A stretch of 64,000 nt of DNA from Candidatus Poribacteria bacterium. GTDB taxonomy: Bacteria; Poribacteria; WGA-4E; WGA-3G. The stretch covers positions 3,488,001 through 3,552,000 of the forward strand of contig CBDANF010000003.1 of NCBI GenBank assembly GCA_965197475.1, given 5' to 3'. Positions 10,069-19,515 of the stretch are shown here, one piece after another (position 1 is the first letter of the stretch; each line of letters starts with the position of its first letter). The notes below the pieces were generated by a model. It was given only the letters and a program-made list of their open reading frames with translations. It ran no database searches and was not told the origin of the DNA. The translations under genes were made by a program, and so were the position numbers.

Positions 10069-10950
10069 ATGGATTTAATCAAGGTTATGGAGAGATTCCC
10101 AGACCAGTCATCCTGTATTGAGTATCTTGAGAAGATACGATGGAAAGGTAAGCCTCATTGCCCACATTGTGGGATTACCGATGTTTTCAGGCGTAATGAG
10201 ACGGCAACTGGTCGGATTGGTCGTTGGAATTGTAATGGTTGTAAGGCAACCTTCAAGGTTACTCAAGGCACAGTGTTTCACGGGGCTAAGATCGCACTTC
10301 AAAAGTGGTTTCTGGCTATTTCACTAATGGGAAACGCAAAGAAGAGCTTGTCCAGTTATCAGTTGAGTCGTGATTTAGACCTGAATCAGAAGACGGCTTG
10401 GTTTATGATGCAACGCATTCGTGCTGAAATGGCTACTAAAGGTCAAACTCTGCTGAAGGGTATTATTGAGGCAGATGAGACTTATATAGGGGGCAAACCT
10501 CGGAAAAAGAACAAGCGCGAGGACGATGAACCCGCCAAAAGAGGAAGGGGAACATCAAAATCCGCTATTCTTGGCGCAGTTGAGCGTGGAGGTAAGGTAG
10601 TAGCTAAACTTGCTGATGATTTAACGGGAAGGGGTATCCTGGCGTTTATTCGGGATGCTGTCAAAATAGATGAATCCGAACTGATAACCGATGAATATGC
10701 TGCTTACAATGAGATCGGAAAGCAGATAAAACATCGGGTTATCAATCACAAAGAACAGTTCGCTGATGGGGATACCCACACGAACACTATTGAAGGTTTT
10801 TGGGCGTTGTTGAAACGCGCATGGTATGGACAGCATCACCACTACTCTACTGGGTATATCCCGCTATATGTGGCTGAGGCTTGCTATAAATATAACTACC
10901 GGAATGTGGATAGCATATTCTGGAAATTTGTTAATGAAAGTATGAGGTGA
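10069..10950 (+). CDS. IS1595-family transposase
   Basis: RW...P.CPHCG zinc ribbon, CxxC, KI.LQKWF.AI, IEADETYIGGK, LITDEY.AY, INH, THTNTIEGFWALLKR. Confidence 0.95.
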   Translation: MDLIKVMERFPDQSSCIEYLEKIRWKGKPHCPHCGITDVFRRNETATGRIGRWNCNGCKATFKVTQGTVFHGAKIALQKWFLAISLMGNAKKSLSSYQLSRDLDLNQKTAWFMMQRIRAEMATKGQTLLKGIIEADETYIGGKPRKKNKREDDEPAKRGRGTSKSAILGAVERGGKVVAKLADDLTGRGILAFIRDAVKIDESELITDEYAAYNEIGKQIKHRVINHKEQFADGDTHTNTIEGFWALLKRAWYGQHHHYSTGYIPLYVAEACYKYNYRNVDSIFWKFVNESMR

Positions 10951-11092
10951 AAAAATGACTAAAGAAAAACAAGTCTGCCAAGAATGTGGAAACAAAAAGG
11001 CCCGCCTACCTGTAAAAAAAAACAGATGGTAGACCTATTGAACCAATTAAAGCAATATGGAATGGAAGATTTAGGGAATATATCCGAAAAAA

Positions 11093-11377
11093 TTAAGTGT
11101 TCGTCCGAGCAACCCTAATCATATCGTCTAAAGTTTCTATTGATACTTTTAAATCTGAGATGATATTTTGTATATCAGTTTGGAGATTTGGTGGAATTGC
11201 ACCGCTTTCAACGATCAAACAGCATTTACAAAGTGGTCGAATCTGTAAGGCACGGACATCTTTGGGGTTAATTTCTAATGCTGTTTCTACATAAGCGAGG
11301 GCATCAACAAAATTACCTGTTCTGAATTCATTGAGGCTAAGTCGGATTAACTCAGCTGCTTGTCTGGTGGATTTCAT
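11093..11377 (-). CDS. Small TPR-like hypothetical protein (IS passenger)
   Basis: GNFVDALAYVETALEINPKD resembles a TPR helix pair; purine-rich RBS upstream. Confidence 0.5.
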   Translation of the reverse strand: MKSTRQAAELIRLSLNEFRTGNFVDALAYVETALEINPKDVRALQIRPLCKCCLIVESGAIPPNLQTDIQNIISDLKVSIETLDDMIRVARTNT

Positions 11378-11388
11378 GGTTTTCTTCC

Positions 11389-11676
11389 CTATTTGTTGGC
11401 ATGTTCGATTATAAACACGCCAAACTGATGTCGGATTTCTTTTGGCATTGAAGTGTCGAGGGTAGTCCACCCGAATTCTTGATTGGAAAGAACCCAATTT
11501 CTTAAATCTGAAGTGAGTGGATACAGGAAATGTTCGTTTTCAATAGCATTAACATACATTTTCCACATCTTTTTAGTATGTTCATCGCTTGATTGATCCA
11601 TCTTTTCTTTGTCAGCTCGAAGATGTGTTACCATAAAAAATACTACGATGATAACAAAGACACTGAAAATTATCAT
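11389..11676 (-). CDS. Small hypothetical protein with N-terminal transmembrane helix (IS passenger)
   Basis: MIIFSVFVIIVVFFMV hydrophobic N-terminus; AAGGGG RBS. Confidence 0.55.
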   Translation of the reverse strand: MIIFSVFVIIVVFFMVTHLRADKEKMDQSSDEHTKKMWKMYVNAIENEHFLYPLTSDLRNWVLSNQEFGWTTLDTSMPKEIRHQFGVFIIEHANK

Positions 11677-11830
11677 ATTGTACCCCTTAAATTGTAGGTT
11701 TGGTCATCCAGTAAATCCCAACTTCTCCACAAAAGAAGTGGGCATCCCTGGTGACCAAACCATAACACCTAACTTACATTAGATATGGGATACCCATAGT
11801 CCAATGGTGTTATAGTTTGGTCTGTTAAGA

Positions 11831-11860
11831 ATTCTACAATTTTAAGAAGGGGAATGTCAA
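11831..11860 (-). promoter_or_regulatory. Putative sigma70 promoter of the passenger operon
   Basis: Minus strand TTGACA-N18-TAGAAT. Confidence 0.55.
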
Positions 11861-11931
11861 GTTAAAGGTGGGAATTTTGAAAAAAGTGGAGAAAAAAATG
11901 AGAAATCTAATGTCCGAAACTACTTATTCCG

Positions 11932-12315
11932 AAAACTTTTGACACCACGAACGAGATGCCTCAAATACACGAAACTCCACTTCTTCTAACGGTATACACG
12001 GATCGGAAAACATCTCTCCCGCAAAATCGTTGAATTCTTCTACAAACTTCTGAAATACGCCTTCAAACGCTTTGACTTCACAACGCTCTAATGATATACT
12101 AAACATCGGTATCCTCTCCTATTTTGTTCATAATTTATTAGGATAGGATACCATTTTTGGCATTAACCATTCCCTTTCTCTTGTAGGAGGGGTTTTCAAC
12201 CCCGATTTCCAATATATCAAGCGCGCATTTGCCATTGATTTGACACCAAGTTTCCCAAAATCCGCGCAATCCGTGTAATCCGAGATTTAGAAATTGACAA
12301 AAACTTTACACACCG
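11932..12315 (-). pseudogene. Truncated second copy of the ISKra4 element (5' end of transposase)
   Basis: 11932-12160 is nearly identical to 9172-9399; degenerate IR TGACAAAAACTTTACACACCG near 12295-12315. Confidence 0.8.
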
Positions 12316-12347
12316 TTTTCGGTTTTTTGTGCGTTTTAATCGTAAAG

Positions 12348-12373
12348 TCGCGACCGGGAGGTCGCTCCTACAG
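12348..12373. repeat. REP-like GTAG palindrome
   Basis: TCGCGACCGGGAGGTCGCTCCTACA, the reverse complement of TGTAGGAGCGACCTCCCGGTCGCGA. Confidence 0.55.
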
Positions 12374-12464
12374 AGGAGGGCCTTGAGCAGAAGGTTGCAA
12401 CTACTGGAGAATTGAATGGCTCTGGAAATCGCTTTTAGATGATATTCGCACCTTATTTGAACCC

Positions 12465-12650
12465 GTGCCATCAGCAAGAACAGCATCCGGACAGACTGAA
12501 GCACTCAAAAAGACACACGCTGCTCTCGGCGCACATATAGACACTCACGAAACATTTGAAAAAGGACACGGTTGGATACAAACACGCACGCTTACTGCCA
12601 GCACCGCTCTCACAGACTATTTGGCATGCCCGGGGCTTGCACAAGGAAAT
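12465..12650 (+). pseudogene. ISAs1-family transposase fragment
   Basis: EKGHGWIQTRTL..STAL.DYL..PGLAQ resembles ISAs1 (K/D)GHGRIETR...WPGL. Confidence 0.6.
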
Positions 12651-12830
12651 AGCATATTCACTCCGATATTTTGCCGCACATCCAGAGCAAGTACTCAAAC
12701 TCATCGGGATAGATACCGAAAATTGAATGGTTCTGAAGGAGATAGATTTTTAGTTGCAATTCCCGAGTAGATGTGTTAAAATTGTATATGTGTAAAGTCT
12801 GAATGCCTTGCTTGTAGGAGGACAGGGCGA

Positions 12831-13343
12831 GTGGATGTCACTGTTTTGGTACTAAACGCAAGCTATGAAGCAATCAATGTTTGCAACCTCAGACGCGCCT
12901 TGAAGATGGTTTTCAAGGGGACTGCTCAGACAGAAGAAGTGTCTGACTCGGAAATAAGGTCACCATCGTCTGTCGTTAAAGTACCGCACGTTATTCGTTT
13001 GGTAAACTACGTTCATGTTCCGCGTAGTGTGGTCAAGTTTTCTCGTAAAAATGTCCTCGCGCGCGATCAACATACGTGTCAGTATTGCCTACGAGAACTT
13101 TCTGCCTCTCTGCTTACACTTGACCATGTTGTGCCTATTTCAAAGGGCGGAAAAACAACATGGGAAAACGTTGTGACTGCTTGCAAAAAGTGCAACAACA
13201 AAAAAGGCAGTCGGATGCTTCATGAGACGCAATTCAAGCTGAAACGTCTACCGAAAACGCCTTCAATCTTAACGTATTTGCAACTCAACCGTCATTTTCG
13301 GGGTTATCATCCGTCATGGAAAAAGTACCTTTACATTAACTAA
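12831..13343 (+). CDS. HNH endonuclease (McrA-like)
   Basis: VLVLNASYE, FSRKNVLARDQHTCQYC, LTLDHVVPISKGGKTTWENVVTACKKCNNKKG. Confidence 0.93.
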   Translation: MDVTVLVLNASYEAINVCNLRRALKMVFKGTAQTEEVSDSEIRSPSSVVKVPHVIRLVNYVHVPRSVVKFSRKNVLARDQHTCQYCLRELSASLLTLDHVVPISKGGKTTWENVVTACKKCNNKKGSRMLHETQFKLKRLPKTPSILTYLQLNRHFRGYHPSWKKYLYIN

Positions 13344-13363
13344 ATCTGAACAAGTCTTAACGT

Positions 13364-13726
13364 ATGCCGTATCAACCACATCCGGAAAGGCTTAAAAAGT
13401 CTTGGGAATTTCAGAGAGCATATAAAAAGGGTAAAAAGTACTGGGATACCTACTTCGTTATTTATGTCTACCACACGCAAATCAGTCAACCCCGTTTAGG
13501 AATAACAGTTAGTAAAAAAGTTGGTAACAGTGTTCAGAGAAACCGTGTAAAACGGCTCATTCGTGAGGCGTTTCGGACGCTTAAGCTTGAACTGCCCCCT
13601 CAGTACGATATTGTGGTTGTCGGCAGGAAAGCTGCCTACGGTCTTTCAGGACAGCAAGCTAAAGAAAGTTTGCACAAATTGTTCCGTAGAGCATCAATCT
13701 TGACGATCAAAGAAACAGGCTTATAG
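13364..13726 (+). CDS. rnpA: Ribonuclease P protein component
   Basis: RLGITVSKKVGNSVQRNRVKRLIRE (RNR motif). Confidence 0.96.
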   Translation: MPYQPHPERLKKSWEFQRAYKKGKKYWDTYFVIYVYHTQISQPRLGITVSKKVGNSVQRNRVKRLIREAFRTLKLELPPQYDIVVVGRKAAYGLSGQQAKESLHKLFRRASILTIKETGL

Positions 13727-13840
13727 ACACACTTGACAGCATAGAGATTTGTGAAAAGCGGATGGAGTCGAATTACTGTTAAGAGGAAGTCCATTAGGTC
13801 TAAAAAACACATCCTGCCAGTGCGATGATGTGAAAGAAAA

Positions 13841-14050
13841 ATGAGCCAATTAATCCTTTACGCTATCCGCGGATATCGTCGCTTTATCTCTCCACTTTTT
13901 CCTCCAACGTGTCGTTTTCATCCGACTTGTTCACATTACGCACAGCAAGCCTTAGAGCGGTATGGGACCTTCAAAGGCATCTGGTTAACGCTAAGACGAT
14001 TGGTAAAATGCCATCCCTATCACCCAGGGGGTTTTGACCCGCTTCAGTAA
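13841..14050 (+). CDS. yidD: Membrane protein insertion efficiency factor
   Basis: [24 protein letters not shown]...[12 protein letters not shown]. Confidence 0.96.
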   Translation: MSQLILYAIRGYRRFISPLFPPTCRFHPTCSHYAQQALERYGTFKGIWLTLRRLVKCHPYHPGGFDPLQ

Positions 14051-14139
14051 CAAAAACACTGATCTTATGTTCACATTCAATGTATGGTGAATCACAAAAA
14101 CTTCCCGCTATAACCAGAAAGAGGAGTATTTAAATTTAA

Positions 14140-15993
14140 ATGGGAGCCCGCTATATTCTTGCACTCGTTCTAATGATTGCAGTCATGATTGCATGGAGCA
14201 TGATATTTCGCAAAAGTTTTACGCCTGAACAGAACGAAGTCCCAATTACTGAACAAACACCCCAAGGTGACACACCCGATACTGATATCGGAGAAATGGG
14301 AGATGATCCCACTGATGCGGATTCTCTGGCTACGCCAGAGGATAATCCCGACGATCCACAGGTACGTGTCAGAACGAATACTTACGATATTACTTTTAAC
14401 GAGAGATTGGCAATAGTTAAGAAATGGGAATTAGTAGAAAAGAATGAAAGTGGAAATCTACGTTTCCCTGACAGATCTAATCTATCAGAAGACCTGCCGT
14501 TGAACCTTATTCCTGAGACAGCACTTAACTGTCTTGCCCTTCGGTTGGGAAATACAAATCTGCAGCTTGATTTACTTCGTGCCATCTGGAAGGCGGACAA
14601 GCCACAAGGAATTCAACTCTCAGATACAAAAGAGAAGGGGACACTTACCTTTACGACTACGATAGGAGAGCAATTGAAGGTTGCCAAACAATTTACCTTT
14701 TATAACGACGATAGTTATACGGTTGATTTGGCGATAAAGTTTGAAAACGTTTCAGATGGTTCTGTACCGTTGCAAATTGGCGGAAATGAAAACGCGAATG
14801 GCTACGAACTCCGTTGGGGACCAGGGATTAATGCTGACCTGCTCGTACACGAAAAAAAGGCAAGAAAACCTGGACGCCGTGGTGCTGAAGGTGCTAGAAC
14901 TTATATTGGTACAGGAAAACCAATACGCGAACTGAAAGATGAGGTTGCGTTTGAAACTGTACTTTGGGCGGGGCTTAATAGCCAATACTTTAGTGCAATA
15001 ATGATTCCCGATCCGCAAATCAAGGCTACCTATAGACTGCATAATGCAGCTGTAAATGAAACAAGAGATATTCTCGTTACAGCACCTACAGAGACTGCTG
15101 TATTGACAATTCCAAGTTTCAAACTAAATTCTCAGCAAGAACAAACCCATGTTTTTCGACTTTACATTGGTCCCAAAGATGACGCACTTCTGAAGAAGAT
15201 CACTGCACCAAATGGCTCGGAAACCCCGATCAACCTACACAAGGTCATTGATTTCGGTATTTTCGGACCCTTGGCTTGGGGAATGCTTTGGTTAGTCAAG
15301 GTGTTGTACAGTGTCTTTCGGAACTATGGGGTAGCGATTATCCTTTTAACTGCGTTAGTTAAGGTAATTTCTTTTCCACTCACCCGTAAAGCACATGTTT
15401 CAATGAAGAAGATGCAGCAACTTCAGCCGCAATTGACCGAATTAAAAGAAAAATATCGAGACGATCCCCAAAAACTGAACAAAGCAACAATGCGTATTTA
15501 CAAAGAAAACGGTGTGAACCCGTTGAGCGGATGTATCCCTTGGATTCCGCAGCTTCCTATTTTCTGGGCATTATTTGCACTGCTTGGAAGTGCGGTTGAA
15601 TTGCGAGGCGCGCCTTTCTTCCTGTGGATTAATGATCTCTCGGCACCGGATACATTGATTTCGCTTCCGTTTACGATTCCACTAATTTCCCGCTTTATAT
15701 ATATAGACGCTATCCGATTTTTGCCTATCTTGAACGGACTAACAACTTGGCTTCAGCAGAAATTTGTCGGTGGTATGTCAGCGACACCGGCTACGACTAC
15801 TACACAAGCGAAAATCATGCAGTTTATGCCGCTTATCTTCATTTTCATTTTTTATAACTGGGCTTCTGGATTTGTGTTATATTGGTTATGTAATAATGTC
15901 TTTACTGTTGCTCAACAATATATACAAACAAAATATTTCCATGATGGCGAACCCGAAAATCAGGAAAACACCTCAAAACGCAAACCTAATTAA
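14140..15993 (+). CDS. yidC: Membrane protein insertase
   Basis: NYGVAIILLT, SMKKMQQLQPQL..LKEKY, NPLSGC, PFFLWINDLSAPD, LYWLCNN; position in the rnpA operon. Confidence 0.96.
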   Translation: MGARYILALVLMIAVMIAWSMIFRKSFTPEQNEVPITEQTPQGDTPDTDIGEMGDDPTDADSLATPEDNPDDPQVRVRTNTYDITFNERLAIVKKWELVEKNESGNLRFPDRSNLSEDLPLNLIPETALNCLALRLGNTNLQLDLLRAIWKADKPQGIQLSDTKEKGTLTFTTTIGEQLKVAKQFTFYNDDSYTVDLAIKFENVSDGSVPLQIGGNENANGYELRWGPGINADLLVHEKKARKPGRRGAEGARTYIGTGKPIRELKDEVAFETVLWAGLNSQYFSAIMIPDPQIKATYRLHNAAVNETRDILVTAPTETAVLTIPSFKLNSQQEQTHVFRLYIGPKDDALLKKITAPNGSETPINLHKVIDFGIFGPLAWGMLWLVKVLYSVFRNYGVAIILLTALVKVISFPLTRKAHVSMKKMQQLQPQLTELKEKYRDDPQKLNKATMRIYKENGVNPLSGCIPWIPQLPIFWALFALLGSAVELRGAPFFLWINDLSAPDTLISLPFTIPLISRFIYIDAIRFLPILNGLTTWLQQKFVGGMSATPATTTTQAKIMQFMPLIFIFIFYNWASGFVLYWLCNNVFTVAQQYIQTKYFHDGEPENQENTSKRKPN

Positions 15994-16006
15994 GGAGTAC
16001 TGCCAC

Positions 16007-16633
16007 TTGCAAAACTATATTGAAACTGAAGCAGAAACTGTCGAAGAGGCAATCGAAATTGCACTCACGCAGCTTGAAGCGACGCGCGAACAAGTCAGCA
16101 TATTAATTATTAACGAACCGACTAAAGGGATTTTGAGTTTTGGTGCGAAACCCGCCAAAATCCGAGCTACGCTTAAGGAAGATATTGCGACTGCTCCTGA
16201 AACCGTTTTGAAGGAAATCCTCACCCGGATGGACATTGGTGGTGAAGTTGAATCTAACTTTATTGAAGGAAGTCTGCACCTCAACATGGTTACTGATTCG
16301 CCAGCACTACTTATCGGCAAGCATGGGCAAACGCTTGATGCTATGGAACGTATCCTCAATTGTATCATCAATAAAAACGCACTCGCTAAGAAAAAGGTGT
16401 TTGTCAATACCGAAGGATACCGCGAACGGAAAGAGCATATGCTCACAGAACTTGCGCATCAAGTTGCCGCAAAAGTCAAACGGACGCGTCAGGATGTCGT
16501 TCTCGCGCCAATGTCTGCCAAGGATCGTCGCGTAATTCATCTTACCTTACAATCAGATGAAAATGTTTCAACATTTAGCCAAGGAGAAGGTGATATGCGG
16601 CGCGTTGTGATTACAAGACAAGACAACTATTGA
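16007..16633 (+). CDS. jag: Jag/KhpB (EloR) RNA-binding protein
   Basis: TVEEAIE.AL..L N-domain, KH LIGKHGQTLDA, R3H PM.AKDRRVIH..L; TTG start after AAGGAG. Confidence 0.92.
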   Translation: MQNYIETEAETVEEAIEIALTQLEATREQVSILIINEPTKGILSFGAKPAKIRATLKEDIATAPETVLKEILTRMDIGGEVESNFIEGSLHLNMVTDSPALLIGKHGQTLDAMERILNCIINKNALAKKKVFVNTEGYRERKEHMLTELAHQVAAKVKRTRQDVVLAPMSAKDRRVIHLTLQSDENVSTFSQGEGDMRRVVITRQDNY

Positions 16634-16735
16634 CCCATAGATATACGACCAACCTTGTGACACACCAAATCAACGAGGCGGCTACCGATCCCCTGGGTGA
16701 CCTTGCCTTGCATCTATAAGAACGGGGATTGCAAT

Positions 16736-18124
16736 ATGAAATTTGACGATACCATCGCCGCCATTGCAACACCGCGAGGCGAAGGAGGCATCGGGATAGT
16801 ACGCGTCAGCGGTCCGCTTGCAATTCCGATTGCTTCTCAGTTGTTTCGTCCCTCACGTGCGGTTCTACCCGCCGAACTCCCATCGCATACACTCACATAC
16901 GGGCATATTATAGATACTTCCGCATCCGATGAAGTCATTGACGAAGTGATGCTCGGTGTTATGCGTGCTCCGAAAACATATACCACTGAAGACATTGTTG
17001 AATTTAACTGCCATGGCGGGATTGTTACCCTGACAACCGTGTTAGATTTGGTTGTAAAGACAGGCGCAAGACTTGCTGAACCGGGCGAATTTACTAAACG
17101 CGCGTTTCTAAACGGTAGACTTGATCTTGCACAAGCTGAAGCCGTAGCAGAACTTATCAGCTCAAAAACAGAACTCAGTCGTAAAATCGCAATTCAGGCA
17201 CTTGAAGGTAAACTCTCTGAAAATGTAAATAACCTCAGTGATAGACTTGCATCCTTGTTGGCAGAAATTGAAGCATCCATAGATTTTCCAGATGAAGACC
17301 TGGATTTTATGAAGGTAGAAACACAGCTTCATACTGCCCGCGCTGTTAAGGCAGATTTAGTGCACTTACTTCAAACTGCTTCAGAAGGAAGGCTTATCAA
17401 GGAGGGGGTCAACGTTGCCATTTTAGGCAAACCGAATGTCGGAAAATCAAGTCTATTTAACGCACTTGTTCGGTCTGCGCGTGCCATTGTCACAGACATC
17501 CCCGGCACAACACGCGACACGATTGATGAATCCATCAACCTTGGTGGTATTCCGATAAATCTCATTGATACCGCAGGGCTACGACAGACAGACGACATTG
17601 TTGAAAAACAAGGTGTCCAAAGAAGTAGAGATGTTCTCAATAAAGCGGAATTTCGGCTGCTAATGTTCGACGCATCGCAACCCTTAAATGAAGCAGATAT
17701 TGAGCTTTTACAGGTAACGAATTCGCACCGTGCAATTCTGATTCTAAATAAAATTGATCTCCCCAATATCACACAAACACAGGCATTAACTAACCATTGT
17801 CCAAAGGCGCGTGTTGTTCAAACAGCAATTACCGAAGGAAAAGGGATTGATGCACTGAAAACTGCTATCTATGAAGAGCTGCTTGGTGGAAAATTCGTCA
17901 TGGGCGAATCTCCGATTATTACCAATGCTCGCCATCACGATGCACTACGCCGCGCACAAGAAGCTCTTGATGATGTAATAGCGAGCTTAGAAAATGAGAT
18001 GCCGCCTGATCTCGTTTCTGTTGACCTGCGTATCAGTCTTGATGCCCTCGGTGACATCGTAGGCAAAACAACTACTGAAGATATCCTGGATCGGATTTTC
18101 TCACAGTTCTGCGTTGGCAAATAA
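16736..18124 (+). CDS. mnmE: tRNA modification GTPase
   Basis: DTIAAIATPRGEGGIGIVRVSG, GKPNVGKSSL, IPGTTRD, DTAG, NKID, IFSQFCVGK. Confidence 0.98.
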   Translation: MKFDDTIAAIATPRGEGGIGIVRVSGPLAIPIASQLFRPSRAVLPAELPSHTLTYGHIIDTSASDEVIDEVMLGVMRAPKTYTTEDIVEFNCHGGIVTLTTVLDLVVKTGARLAEPGEFTKRAFLNGRLDLAQAEAVAELISSKTELSRKIAIQALEGKLSENVNNLSDRLASLLAEIEASIDFPDEDLDFMKVETQLHTARAVKADLVHLLQTASEGRLIKEGVNVAILGKPNVGKSSLFNALVRSARAIVTDIPGTTRDTIDESINLGGIPINLIDTAGLRQTDDIVEKQGVQRSRDVLNKAEFRLLMFDASQPLNEADIELLQVTNSHRAILILNKIDLPNITQTQALTNHCPKARVVQTAITEGKGIDALKTAIYEELLGGKFVMGESPIITNARHHDALRRAQEALDDVIASLENEMPPDLVSVDLRISLDALGDIVGKTTTEDILDRIFSQFCVGK

Positions 18125-18489
18125 CAAAATTTCGTGGTGTTACGTTTGTCATACTTACAAACATGTTATAATGTTATAGTAAATGCGCCCTTTATTCACA
18201 CACGGCGTGTTTTTATAATAAATCCACTGATATTTCTTACAATCGTGCAGTACCTAATAACAATCAACATAAAAAGGTATAACGCCATGAAATGTGATTT
18301 GTTTGTAGATTTTCTTGACTTTTAGCGCATGAGATACCATCTTAATTAGTAAAACTCATACCTAATTACGCATTAGGAGGTTATCTCACGCAACAACATC
18401 TTATCATATCTACAACCTTTTTCAACGGCTTCTATATTCAATTCTCCAGTAGTTGCTAAATGGTTCACTCGGTAAGTATTTAAGTTATG

Positions 18490-18930
18490 TTTTCCATGTT
18501 GGTGTCATAGGCACCTAACTTGTATCACGGTTGCTGTTGTGGCATTTTCTTCCATTCGTATGGGTGCTTGTAGGCATTCCACCAACTCACCGCACCGTTG
18601 AGCGCATCCGTGAGTTCATCAAGCGTCTCAAACCTTCTGCCTTTGAGTTGCCAGAGACCTCAACTGTTTCCACTACGGTTCTATCAGATTCAACCAACAC
18701 GCATATTTCGGAATAAACTGCACTCACACCTCCGGCCACGCCAAGAGTGCCGTCTTGACATCACGACTATGATGCGTCGAAAGATTATCTTCAATCAGCA
18801 ACCACTTCTCGCAAGGAAACTTCTCTATCACTTTCTCAATGAGTTGAATATGACTCGCAGTATCTCTACGCGGCGAAATCACGATCTCCGCTTGACCGGT
18901 TGCCGGTTCAAACGCATCATGCACCATAAG
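18490..18930 (-). pseudogene. IS630-family transposase remnant
   Basis: LIEDNLSTHHS...FIPKYACWLNLIEP*WKQLR with internal stops. Confidence 0.7.
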
Positions 18931-18957
18931 CGTCAATTTAGAGTGCCATATATGCTT

Positions 18958-19015
18958 GTGGGAGGTGTTTTCAACGCCGATAACAAATCGGGCGGACAAG
19001 GTTTCCCTCCCACAG
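18958..19015. repeat. REP-like element (GTGGGAGG...CCCTCCCACA)
   Basis: Inverted ends; internal GTTTTCAACGCCGAT resembles 12191-12206. Confidence 0.5.
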
Positions 19016-19515
19016 TGTTGGTGCGCTTTGGAAGCGCGCTTGTTTGGATCGCGGATTGTTGTAGCACAAACTTTTGAAGTTTAAGTATTTAAATCGGTAA
19101 TCCCGATTTCCCCATGTTCTGTAGGTTTTTGTGGGTAAAGTTCGCTGAAATGGTGAATTATGTTCAACATTTACAATAAATCGAATTCACGTTATACGCA
19201 GGCATTTACAGGATGATACAGAAACAGAGTAAATCGTTTGCACTTACTACCAACTTCTGATAAAATTATAAGCAACAGGAGTGTTAAACATGTCATGAAA
19301 ACACCACAATCTACAAACGCAACCAGTAAAAACAAAAGCAACGTCTCACCTTTCCAACCTATGACGAAGGAGACATCCTTAACTTGGATGCTGTCATAAT
19401 TATACCACTGCCTCAACAATCTGGAACAATACGGGTAAAGTTGATATATGAAGAACCGAGCAAACCAATTCCGGTTGAAAATCCTTGTGAAGAATAGGAT
19501 AGGAGTAGAACACGC

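Larger units (their letters stand above)
9460..11933 (+). mobile_element. IS1595-family element carrying passenger genes (tIS-like)
   Basis: 28-bp imperfect IRs TTCGGAATAAGTAGTTTTGGACATAAGA (9460-9487) and TCTAATGTCCGAAACTACTTATTCCGAA (11906-11933) enclose a transposase and two passenger ORFs. Confidence 0.8.

Noticed and set aside
15764-16006. N-terminal extension of jag in the ORF track
   Set aside because: Overlaps yidC; the RBS and Jag homology support the TTG start at 16007.
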